From Schmidtea polychroa (taxonomy: Eukaryota), in contig CM097885.1 of the NCBI GenBank assembly GCA_044892525.1, positions 234,858,001 to 234,922,000 on the forward strand: a DNA stretch of 64,000 nt, read 5' to 3'. Each line of letters opens with the position of its first letter. Position 1 is the first letter of the stretch. A program made the translations under genes and the position numbers. The notes beneath the pieces are model-generated. The model had not been told where the DNA came from and did no database searches. It saw only the letters and a program-made list of their open reading frames with translations. Of the stretch, positions 40,333 to 50,400 are shown in pieces.

Positions 40333-41319
40333 TTAATAGAACTCTGTTGTTCGGGATCTCGTCTCGATGACGGCTCTGGTTTCAATGTTTGGGGAAGGTT
40401 TGAAATATCTTGGTTGGTTCGTTGTTTGGAGTAGCTGTTCTTCCATTGGGATACGAATACTCCTTGATTGTTCTTTTAGTTTGAGGGTTTTGTTTCTTTC
40501 TTTACTGGAATTGGGTTTGAGTGCAATCAGGCTCAGTGCGGTGATGTTTATCATTAGACTCGCCGCTAATAGGATCAATATTGTGAGAGATTCAGACTCT
40601 CTCGGTTCTATTACTTTGGGTTTGTTCATGAGTTCTCCCAATTGGGTTGTGTCTGTAATTTCTGATTTTTCAGGTTTGTTGAATTTGTTTTCTTCCGAGG
40701 TGACAATTTTCTTTATTTCCTCCAGGGTTTTAATCATCTTCTCGGAGTTCATTGGGTTTTTGTTTATGGTAGTTAGGATTCCTCTTGTCATTTCTTTCAA
40801 GGTTTTCGTTACCTCATTTTTAATGCTGGGTTCTTCTTTGATGGTGGAAATTATTTTTCCTCTCATTTCCTCTAAAGATTTTACTACTATTTCGCAATTG
40901 CTTGAACGTCCATTGGCGGCTGTTGTTACCTGTTGCTTTATTTCCTCTAATATTATTACCATCATTCTCATTGCGGCTGGATCTGTTTGGGATTCTCTCT
41001 TTGATTTCTGACTTTGACATTGTTTGGCTAATGTTGCTATCTGGGTTCTGATAACTTTCATTTCTTGTTCTAACATTGTTTTCATTGTCTGAGCCATTTG
41101 CACTTCCGTCGAACTTTCAGTTGTTTGTGGACATTGCGAACATTGTAACTTGATTTGTTCGCATTCCTCATTGGGTTTTTCGCAGATCGATTTAAAGCTA
41201 CTACATGTACTATCTTCTCTGCGATATGGGTATTCTTTCTGGCATCTGATCATTGATTCTTCTGCTTGCAGGATTTTTGGCATTGTCATTATAATCATCA
41301 TCACGATTAGGCTTCTCAT
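40333..41319 (-). CDS. Type I membrane protein: signal peptide, 6-Cys module, coiled-coil stalk, TM, cytoplasmic tail
   Basis: N-terminal MRSLIVMMIIMTMPKILQA; CQKEY..CSSFKSIC..C..CSQC; TM LTILILLAASLMINITALSLIAL. Confidence 0.85.
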   Translation of the reverse strand: MRSLIVMMIIMTMPKILQAEESMIRCQKEYPYRREDSTCSSFKSICEKPNEECEQIKLQCSQCPQTTESSTEVQMAQTMKTMLEQEMKVIRTQIATLAKQCQSQKSKRESQTDPAAMRMMVIILEEIKQQVTTAANGRSSNCEIVVKSLEEMRGKIISTIKEEPSIKNEVTKTLKEMTRGILTTINKNPMNSEKMIKTLEEIKKIVTSEENKFNKPEKSEITDTTQLGELMNKPKVIEPRESESLTILILLAASLMINITALSLIALKPNSSKERNKTLKLKEQSRSIRIPMEEQLLQTTNQPRYFKPSPNIETRAVIETRSRTTEFY

Positions 41320-41395
41320 CTTTACATATACATATACGTTAATAATAATTACTTGGCTTTATTTATAATTTATTTACACGGTTATTTTGTCTCAT

Positions 41396-42163
41396 TTATT
41401 GGGAGCCACCGACCTCATCCCTTAATTTTACGGGAGGTTCAGGTGCTCGTCTTTTGCTCAACTCGTTCATTCTTATTACTTCGAGTTGCGTTGCTATCAA
41501 CTGACTCTTTAATTCTGGTATTTCTTGTAATTGCTTCTCTTTACTTTTCCATTTTCTCTGCTTGATGGTTATTGCCGTCTGCAATGCTTGCATGCTTCGT
41601 CGTTTTTGATTTAAGATTCTCCGGTAATTTTCTTTCAACTTCCATTGTTTTTCTGTTTCCTCTCTTTGTTCCTTGATCTCTTCCTTGAGTTTTACGTTTC
41701 TCTTCTCGACTTTTTTACTTTCTCGCACTCTTGTTTTTGCATAAGCATATTGTGCTTCTAACTGCTCGATATAGACTTGGTCGATATTCCCAATCTTTTT
41801 CAACTTCCTTGTTTCTGATTTCCAATAATCTTCGATTACTGCCTGAGCTCTCAACTCTACTATCTCTTGTCTCAGGTTTTTATTTTCTGTCTCTTTTCGT
41901 TTCGATTCCTTTATTTCCCTCAAAATTTCTTGCTTGACAGTGTTTGTTAATCGTCTTGATTGAACAATATGCTGCCTCAATCTCGTAATCTCTACATTTT
42001 GATTTGCAATCTTTAATTTGAACAACTTCTTGCTGACTCTCCATTTATTGCTATAATATTTCATCGGTTCTTGTTTGATTGGTATCATATCCTGGCTTTG
42101 TTCAGGTTGGTCGTTTGACTTTCCTTCGTTACTCGTTGATTCTCTTTCTTTTAAATAATTCAT
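41396..42163 (-). CDS. Basic coiled-coil protein
   Basis: 255-aa intact ORF rich in E/K/R/Q heptads. Confidence 0.8.
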   Translation of the reverse strand: MNYLKERESTSNEGKSNDQPEQSQDMIPIKQEPMKYYSNKWRVSKKLFKLKIANQNVEITRLRQHIVQSRRLTNTVKQEILREIKESKRKETENKNLRQEIVELRAQAVIEDYWKSETRKLKKIGNIDQVYIEQLEAQYAYAKTRVRESKKVEKRNVKLKEEIKEQREETEKQWKLKENYRRILNQKRRSMQALQTAITIKQRKWKSKEKQLQEIPELKSQLIATQLEVIRMNELSKRRAPEPPVKLRDEVGGSQ

Positions 42164-42261
42164 ATCTACAAAATATACACATCATATTTCCTCTCGTCTT
42201 CTTTTTATTTTGAATTTTTTTGGTTTTGTAATTTTTATTTGGTTTTGGTTTTATGTTTTAT

Positions 42262-42262
<1 letters not shown>

Positions 42263-42334
<72 letters not shown>
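42263..42334 (-). repeat. 72-nt poly(A) tract on the element sense strand
   Basis: Uninterrupted T run on the + strand between two accessory ORFs. Confidence 0.9.
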
Positions 42335-42335
<1 letters not shown>

Positions 42336-42371
42336 AAATCATTCTTATTTACAGGCAACCTCTCTCGTCGA

Positions 42372-43970
42372 CTAAATCCATGTTGCGTTATTTTGTTCGT
42401 TAATTTCATCGAAGCCTTCATCTGTGGTGACTTCGGCAGGCTGTGGCACTTGCAACGGGAACGGGTAGAGTGGCATTAATAATATTGGTGGTTGTCTCCT
42501 TAACCGATCTATTTCCTCTCGTAGTTCCGTTGAGATGTTTATTTCCTCATCCAATAAAAACGTTAATCTACCTTCGTTTTCTATCATTTCGTTTAATTCC
42601 TCTTCCAATCGTTGGGTTCTTTCGAGCGTTTTTAGTTTCTCAATTTCCGCTCTCAAATTTGCTTCATTTTCTTCGAAGCATCGTTTTATTATCTCGGTTT
42701 CCTGTTTGGTTTGTTGAATTGTCTTGTCGCACTCCTCTCTATATTTCGCATTAAGCTCAATCTGGTGCTTCCAATTCACATCCCTTTGGGTGTACATACC
42801 TTTATATCCGTTCATCTCTTGATTGGCTTCCTCCACTTCGGTTTGTAATTGTCGGATCTGTCGATCTTGGTCTGTCAATTGTTGTTCCCATCTCTTTTCC
42901 TGGAATTCATACCTTCTTATTTCTCGAGTCTGTTTCTTTATGATTCTCTGTCTACCGTCGCTGATCCGCGTCTTGATTCTATGTTCTCTACTCAATCGGC
43001 TGATCTCATCTTTTTGGTTTTCTATCGTTTCCCATATTTTAAATTCGTCTCTTTCCATCAGTTTCATTGGTAACTGTCTTAACTCCTCTTTGGTCTCTTT
43101 CCAATTCTTTTTCCATTTTCGGGCTTGATGCTTGAGACACTTTTCGGTTTCCTCAATTTTCTGCTGTCGTTTTCTCCACTCTACTTCCTCTTCTTCTCGC
43201 TGTGCAGCTCTTGTTTCGTAAAATTCTTGGTCTGCTTTTCGTAATCGCAGTTGTTCCTTGCTACTGATTTTCCAATAGAGCACTTGAGTTTGACTTCCTA
43301 GGTATTTATACTTCCATTTCTGGGCTTGTATCTTTATTTGTGTGTTAATTCGCTCTAATACGTTATCTTTAACAATTGGTTCTCTATGAGGTGTTCTCCT
43401 CCCTTGCCCTCTGACTTCGTTTAGGGTCTTTTTGCATCTTTCCCATTTTTCTTTCATCATTGCGCATTTGCCCTTTACTTCTTCTAGTTCGGCCTTGTAA
43501 TTCCGTATTTGATGTTCGTGACTATCATTCTGCCTTGTCTGGAGGGTTTCGTACTTTAGTTTCCATTGTTGCGCTTGTAGTTTTATTCGTTCCGTTTTAC
43601 GCTGTTCCTCCTCGTATTGCTCCTTTGCTTCCCTAATTTGTGCCTTCTGCATTATTATCTCTCCGCATAACCCAACTATCTCCATAATCCGCTGAGTTCG
43701 TAAATTCGAGAGCTCTTCCTCCAATTCTTGGTATGTTGAGGTATTTCTCACATCCTCGGTTAATTCCTCTACCTGTTTCATCCACTCCTCCTTTGTTGCT
43801 AGTGCTTCCGCCTTCTCCGCTTCTAATTCTTGCTGCTTTTTCTCATACATGGTTTTGTACATTTCTATTTCTCTCTTTACTCTTTCTGCTTCGTATGTTT
43901 GTATGATGGATTTGTACTGTTCGAGTTGTTGCATCTCGGTTTCCACATAGGTTTGTGATTCTTTATTCAT
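42372..43970 (-). CDS. Long coiled-coil protein
   Basis: 532-aa intact ORF; recurring (IK)xQAxxWKxKY/W motif; proline-rich tail. Confidence 0.85.
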   Translation of the reverse strand: MNKESQTYVETEMQQLEQYKSIIQTYEAERVKREIEMYKTMYEKKQQELEAEKAEALATKEEWMKQVEELTEDVRNTSTYQELEEELSNLRTQRIMEIVGLCGEIIMQKAQIREAKEQYEEEQRKTERIKLQAQQWKLKYETLQTRQNDSHEHQIRNYKAELEEVKGKCAMMKEKWERCKKTLNEVRGQGRRTPHREPIVKDNVLERINTQIKIQAQKWKYKYLGSQTQVLYWKISSKEQLRLRKADQEFYETRAAQREEEEVEWRKRQQKIEETEKCLKHQARKWKKNWKETKEELRQLPMKLMERDEFKIWETIENQKDEISRLSREHRIKTRISDGRQRIIKKQTREIRRYEFQEKRWEQQLTDQDRQIRQLQTEVEEANQEMNGYKGMYTQRDVNWKHQIELNAKYREECDKTIQQTKQETEIIKRCFEENEANLRAEIEKLKTLERTQRLEEELNEMIENEGRLTFLLDEEINISTELREEIDRLRRQPPILLMPLYPFPLQVPQPAEVTTDEGFDEINEQNNATWI

Positions 43971-44052
43971 TGTCTAAATAATTACACTATTACTACCACT
44001 ATTATTTCATACATTTATTATCTACACTTTATACACGGAATTTTAATTTTTG

Positions 44053-45231
44053 TTATTGATCGGCGTAGCGGAATCCTTTGATTCGCTGCGCAATCCTCTG
44101 TCTGCACATCGGACATTCCTTTACTTTTCTACTACATGTGGCACATGCGATCAAATGTCCGCATGGCATATGAATAACTTCTACACTCCTCTCCCAACAC
44201 ATAGTACATTTGATATCTCGTAAGATAGCTGTTTTGACCATTGATTCTTCTTTTATTTTTGTTTCAGGTTTTTCTCTATACTGGGTTATCGCTCTGATCA
44301 TATCGTACGTTGTTGTTGGTATATGTACATTTTTCTGTAGTTTCTCTCTAATCATGTTCTTTGCCCTTGTCGTGCCTATTCCGGCTGCTTTCAACGCTCT
44401 GCACATGTTGGGTTTGTCTACCACTTCGTCAACCTCTTCCTCTGTTACTAGTACTTCCGGATATTCGGTTTCTTGTTCGTTGTGATATAGGCACCATGCT
44501 TGATGTCTAATTTCTGGTATGCCTTCTTCCGGTAATCTCTGTTGGCTTTCGCATCTTTCACACTTTAGTATTTGATTTTCTGTTAGGTAGAACCCTCTTA
44601 TTGCTAATTCAGGTCCTCTCGTATCATCTCCGAACGTTTTCATTCTATTATCTGCTATTTGCGTGAGGAATTCCCCTTCACAAGTTGGAACATACTCATC
44701 AACGATTCTGGTTATCGCGATGCTCATTTTCCCTCCTTTTTCGTCTTCAGTTTTCAATTTCTCCAAGGCTTCGTATTTGATTTCCGGTTTGTTGTGTACA
44801 TCAAATCCCAGTACGAATAGACAAGTTGGGAATCGTCTACGATGTTCCTCCTTTGGGTGTTCTCCTTTTTTCCATTCTGCTAATTTCCCTTTACAGAAAC
44901 GACATGTTACTTGATCGGGTATCTCTGGTTTTCCGGAGAAGAAAAATCCGTCGCGTGCTAGCGCTCGGCTCTGTTCCTTGGTGAAAATGGTCTGATGTTC
45001 AAATGACAGATATCTCTGGTTCTCACATCTGAATTGTTCATTATCTCCCAGTTTCAAATTTTCGTGTACCCAATTATAATCGTTTCCCATTCTCCGATAA
45101 TATGCGTAACTACTTGGTTTTGTTTTGCTGACTTCCGCATCCTTCACTCTTTCTCTAGGTGACATATTGTCCTCTTCCTCTCTCATTGTGATCGTTTTCT
45201 TTCGGATATTCGGTCTCTCTTGATTAATCAT
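44053..45231 (-). CDS. Inhibitor of apoptosis (IAP): BIR, degenerate BIR, UBA-like, RING
   Basis: LARDGFF..DQVTCRFC..LAEWKKGEHPKEEHRRRFPTCLFV; RMKTF..LAIRGFY..CERC..H..C; C-terminal CTMCWERSVEVIHMPCGHLIACATC..CPMCR. Confidence 0.95.
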   Translation of the reverse strand: MINQERPNIRKKTITMREEEDNMSPRERVKDAEVSKTKPSSYAYYRRMGNDYNWVHENLKLGDNEQFRCENQRYLSFEHQTIFTKEQSRALARDGFFFSGKPEIPDQVTCRFCKGKLAEWKKGEHPKEEHRRRFPTCLFVLGFDVHNKPEIKYEALEKLKTEDEKGGKMSIAITRIVDEYVPTCEGEFLTQIADNRMKTFGDDTRGPELAIRGFYLTENQILKCERCESQQRLPEEGIPEIRHQAWCLYHNEQETEYPEVLVTEEEVDEVVDKPNMCRALKAAGIGTTRAKNMIREKLQKNVHIPTTTYDMIRAITQYREKPETKIKEESMVKTAILRDIKCTMCWERSVEVIHMPCGHLIACATCSRKVKECPMCRQRIAQRIKGFRYADQ

Positions 45232-45371
45232 CTATAATAAATTTCATCATTTCTTTTTACATTTTCTTTTTCTAATTTTTATGGTTTTGGCAAGTTACTT
45301 TACTGTATACAATAACTTTATATTTACTTTACATCGTTTTTACAAAATATTTACAGTTCCCTTCTATCCGT

Positions 45372-46796
45372 CTATCGTATTTCTATTGTTGGTCCTTCCT
45401 CATCTAGTTCGATTAGGAAGAATATAGTGTCCTTTTCTATGTAGGACCCTTCATTAAATTGGTATAGCTGCATAAACTCTGCTACTCCTACCGCAGGATT
45501 AACCTCTGTAATCGGTTTATTCCCTGCTGGACTGGATGCTCGAAAACACATTATATGTGTCTTTTTTGCTCCTAAGAGAGATATTTTTAATCTATGTCGG
45601 AATGGCCATGCTATTAGGTCGTCAAAATCTCCTTTACAAATTTGCATATATATGGACATGCACCGATCTTTAAACTTTCCTTCACCATTTGGAAACCATC
45701 TCAATTTCATCTTGTATCCATGTTTCTTGGCGTAGAATGGTTTGCTCACTATCGTTGTCTGGATTCCTTGCTTTGCTTGCTCCATTATTTCCGTTATTCC
45801 TTGGATTTTCCACATGTATGGTAGTATTGGTAGTTCCTCTGTTGTCAGTTCCTTTGTAGTCCATTTGGTTTGTAATTTAGTTACTTCGACTAATTTGTCG
45901 TCTAATTTCAACATCCTTTGTGTTACGGCTTCTCTCGTATTTTCGAAGCTTTCCTGTGAGCTCAGCATTTCTTTTATCATGATTTTATGTGATTTGAGTT
46001 CGTCTTTGACGTCTTCAATTGCTCTTGCTGTTAACTCTATTGCTCTCATCATCTTTTGCATGTGCTCGAATGTATTCTCCTCCACATGCTTCTTCATTTC
46101 TTCTGCTGGTAATTGTGCTCTACAGTCGAATGTCACCATTGGGCATTTTATTGCTTTTCTCGTGCATATCTCCCAATGTTCATTTAATCTGACGTTGTTA
46201 ATTTCTCCACACTCGTTTGGGCATTTCCCTGTATATTCGTCGCAAATCCGTCTTTCTACTGCGTTTCGATGTTCCATTTCGATTTCTCTCCAATTAGCAG
46301 TTTCTCCGCAAAATTCGCATTTTTCCGTTCGCGCTTTGCATTCCCCTTTATGTTTGGTTTTCTCTTTTCGTAAAAACTTTACCGTGCATGCTTCGCATTC
46401 CGATTCTAGATATTCGCATACGTCTGTATGGGCTCTTAACTCCTTTACTCGGCCTGTCCATTCGCATGACCTTTGGGTGCATCTTATTTTCACTTCTCTG
46501 ATTTCTCGGTTCATTGCTCTATCCGGTATCGTACCAGTGGGAACCAACTTAAATGCTTCTCCACATCCTGGACAAGTTTCTCGCTTTAGTCTGGCTAATC
46601 TTATATCACACCCTCGGCACAATCTACACCCGCATCGAGTTTGACTTGCTCCAATTAATAATCTTCTACATGCTGTATCGGCACATAATAATCTCTCTTC
46701 GAACTCGTCCGGCTCGGCTTGGTATTTTCTCATCAACTCATAGTTAATCTTTTGTTCCTCTGCTTCTCTCCGGTTTTCCTCTGCTTTGTTTTGCAT
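45372..46796 (-). CDS. TRAF-family protein: RING, TRAF zinc fingers, coiled coil, MATH
   Basis: RING C..C..TRCGCRLCRGC..CPGC; fingers such as CEWTGRVKELRAHTDVC and CPNEC..H..C; MATH YMWKI..SKPFY..GYKMKLR.FPNG..GDFDDLIAWPF. Confidence 0.95.
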   Translation of the reverse strand: MQNKAEENRREAEEQKINYELMRKYQAEPDEFEERLLCADTACRRLLIGASQTRCGCRLCRGCDIRLARLKRETCPGCGEAFKLVPTGTIPDRAMNREIREVKIRCTQRSCEWTGRVKELRAHTDVCEYLESECEACTVKFLRKEKTKHKGECKARTEKCEFCGETANWREIEMEHRNAVERRICDEYTGKCPNECGEINNVRLNEHWEICTRKAIKCPMVTFDCRAQLPAEEMKKHVEENTFEHMQKMMRAIELTARAIEDVKDELKSHKIMIKEMLSSQESFENTREAVTQRMLKLDDKLVEVTKLQTKWTTKELTTEELPILPYMWKIQGITEIMEQAKQGIQTTIVSKPFYAKKHGYKMKLRWFPNGEGKFKDRCMSIYMQICKGDFDDLIAWPFRHRLKISLLGAKKTHIMCFRASSPAGNKPITEVNPAVGVAEFMQLYQFNEGSYIEKDTIFFLIELDEEGPTIEIR

Positions 46797-46885
46797 TCTA
46801 CAATGATGATTTTTAATCTTGGGATTTCTACTTGATTATAACTCTATTTATTTACAGGATTATTTACATTTCACTCCTTTCTCTC

Positions 46886-47341
46886 CTACACATCTACCAT
46901 CGAGTCCGGTTCCCCTGTTCCTGGTAACCCGGTCATCCACTCGACTAAACTGGTAATATCATCATGTTGTCGATTTTCATGCAACCTTCTAATTTCTTCC
47001 GCTTGCCATCTGATTTGGCTTATTAACTGATTGTTATTATACTCTAGTTGCGCGATTATTTGGTGTTGTTCCTCTATTTTTGTAATATATATTGCATTTC
47101 TATTAATACTCTCTATCAACGCCGTTTGGTTTCGTACCCAGTGCTCTTGAGTCTGATTTGTCAATTGGGTCATTAATTCACACTGTGCCCTCCACATGGA
47201 TCCTGTTGGCTGACTCGGCTGGTTTGGCACGTTCATTTCCATCATGTCTACTGGATGTACATTCATAAGCGGCTGTTCTCTTACTTCAACAACATGTGGT
47301 ATCCCATTTGGGTGTTCTTGCTCTTCGTTTCTCTGGTTCAT
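46886..47341 (-). CDS. Small Q/N-rich coiled-coil protein
   Basis: 151-aa intact ORF with the same flanking signals as its neighbours. Confidence 0.75.
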   Translation of the reverse strand: MNQRNEEQEHPNGIPHVVEVREQPLMNVHPVDMMEMNVPNQPSQPTGSMWRAQCELMTQLTNQTQEHWVRNQTALIESINRNAIYITKIEEQHQIIAQLEYNNNQLISQIRWQAEEIRRLHENRQHDDITSLVEWMTGLPGTGEPDSMVDV

Positions 47342-47489
47342 TCCTATTTATAATACATGGTCATCATACTTGTTTTTGATTTTTCTACATATTGTTTTAA
47401 TTTACTACTTTTATTTTGTACATACTACTACTATTATCACTACTTTTATCATTTCATTTATACATTATTTACAACAACTCCTCCTCTCG

Positions 47490-50400
47490 TTATACCAGTG
47501 TCGCCATGGGGCCGGAATGCAGCGTGCGCATTCCCCCATATCTTTCGTCCGTTATTCGGTATATATCGACTTCGTGTGTCCATTCGTTCGGTGTGGGTAT
47601 TCTTGGTAGTTCCGACATCCACAATCCGCTGGATCCGGGATCCTCTACCACCTCGTATTCTTCTAGATTCAGATTCTCTGTTGGAATACCGTATTCAAAT
47701 TTTTCCACTTTGGGCCATTTTCTTTGGTTTCTCGGTTTTTGTTTACATCTTTTGGTGGTTCTTATCCACTGAATCATTGCTAACGCTATTATCGTGCTTA
47801 CTATCGCGCTAGTTATCCATATCATCTTTGTGATGATCGTTGTTCCATTATTTGTTTTTTCTGTCGTTAATATTGTACTACCTGTGGTATTTGTTTCTGG
47901 TGCTTTGATTTTCTTGAATGCTTGATGTAATCGTTCCTTCTCTTTTTCTGTTAGGTGACTGTGATTTTCCCGTTTCTCTCCCCCTTCTTGATCTCGGGGT
48001 ATCCACGGTATGTTTATTAATTGGGGTTTTTGTCGAGTTATTGGTTGACATACGCTGGTTCCTCTTCCTTTCTTAAGGATACATACTTGGTATCGTTCTT
48101 TCCGTTTCCCTGTCTCCATTTTAACGTCTGTACCTTTGTCTATCGGTGTTGTTGTACAGTCGATTATTCCCGTCTTATCCATTACACATATCCTTATGAT
48201 TGGTTCTCCTTCCTGGTTTTTGACTGTAATTACCTCTTCACCTTTCTTGTTGAGGTTAATAGTTATCTGCACTTCCCGTCTTTCGTCTTTAATTACTTCG
48301 TTAATCCATGTTGTTGTTGTTATTAATTCGGTTTGATTTTGCTCTGTTGTTGTTTTTGTACTAACTGATTTGTTTGGCTTCTTGGTTGTTATCCCCCTCA
48401 ATGGATCTTGTTTCATTGCCATACTCTTTGGCTTGTCTTTTCTTGGTGCAGTTCTTGTTCCTTTACATACTACTATCCCTTGTGTTCCTGCGCATACCAC
48501 AGTAGGGGTATTTGGTTTGACCTCTCCCCAGAAGAATTTGTGGTCTTGTGTCATATCAGTTATTATGCATATGTCTCTGTCTTCTCTGATGCATACATGT
48601 GTAATTGATCGACTCCCTTTATCTTCTATTTCGATACCTTCTTCCAAAATGTTGAGTTGAAAATGTACTCCGGTTTCGTTGGCTCTTTCTAGCTCCATTT
48701 CCTCTGTTGATATGTCTCTACAGATGTCATAATCTCCACATAGCCTGGGATCTCTTTTTTGGCTGCTAAAAATCTTTCCTTTTGTTATCGATCTGAAATC
48801 ACAACTTACTCCTGTTCCTTCCATTAGTTGTACACATATTCCGACGGCATTTCCGTCGTAATCACTGACTTTTATCATAAATACTTCACCTTCTTGGGAA
48901 GCTTCTCTTACGATTCTCATATTTTTTGTTTCTGTTAAACAGATGGATGTTAATATTATAAATATTCTTTGTAGTAGGATTGGCTGGATTTGATTTCGAC
49001 ACACTATGCTATGTAGTGGGGACTTTCGTTTTTTGTTCTCCGTTTTGTCGAATCCTTGATCTTCACCTCGACATTGGTCTTCTTCGTCTTCTTCCAATTC
49101 CTCATCATCACTCGTTGTTTCTCCGCCTTCCGGATTCTGTTCTCTGTCGTTTTCCTCTGGGTTGTTATCGTTATCCCCCATCCTTTCGTCGTCGTCGTCG
49201 TCGTCATTCCTCTCACCCGGGGTTTTCCTGAAAATGTCGTCCTCGACATTTGCTGCTTTGATCATCTCCTCGTATTTTTTAATTATCTCTTTTTTGTCGT
49301 TGTGGATACTTTCTCGTTCTTCTTTGGTTCCTTGATATTTCCGTTGTTTCCGGTGCCATTCCCACACTAGTATTTCTAGTTGCTTTTTCATCGCATGTGT
49401 TTTTGTGCATTTCCACCAATTACCTGTCAATTCTGTTCTATTTCTCTGTAATATTGCTTTAATGGTTTTTGGCATTGGTGGTCTTGAGTATATGGCGCTT
49501 CTTAGTACGATATTTTCGTTGTTTTGGAATTGATTTATATCAATTACTTCCGCTCTTAATTCGTTTTGTTTCCATTTGATTAATATTGCTGCGGTTCTGT
49601 CTAAGTTTCCTCTGATGGCTTCCAGAATTGGTTCAATGCTCTGTCCCAACACCTCGGCTTCTTCGGTTGTTGCATTTCCTGTGATAAAGTTCACTATACT
49701 AGGTCTTTTTGACCTGACGGCATAACGTAATACGGTTCGTTGTTTGTTGTCTTTTTCTTTCAGCGTGGATCCCGTTCTTAATAATTCTCTGAGTACATCT
49801 CTTGACGCGTCTATTGCTATGGCTTTCATCAGTGGAGTTTTTCCTTTACTGTTTTTGACGTTTGTTGATTGTTTGCAGTTTTCCATTATTCGTATAATCT
49901 CTAAAGCTCGTTTTTCTTGTCCTGCTTTCACTGCATGATGGATTGGCCAGTTATTACTCAAATCACTTGTTAGGAACATGATTGGTAATCTCCGGATTAG
50001 TTCATATATTTGAGTCGGTATTTGTAATCCTTCGGCATATCTTCGTCCTTTCGCATATCTTTCTGCTACTAACATTAGTTTGCCCAATACTTGGTATTTA
50101 TTGGTTATATCGGCCCATTCTGGTACAATTTCTCGTGCTATTTTTACTGTCATATTCCATGTTGCTTGGCTCCTTGCCATTGCGTCAGCTTCGCTTTCTG
50201 CTTCAGTTCCTTTATGGGCGCTGCTGCTTGTTTCTCCTCTCAACATGAATATCCGTCTTGTCTGTGATCTAGTTAATCTACCGCTTACTTCTGGTTCCGT
50301 TGTGGCATTTGTTTGTGATCTCGTGATTATCCTTCTTGTTTCTGGGTCTTTAGTGGCAGTTTTCGCTACTGCTTTGCATCGACATGTATTCACATAAATG

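Noticed and set aside
42210..42479. Poly-Phe ORF
   Set aside because: Translation of the T homopolymer.
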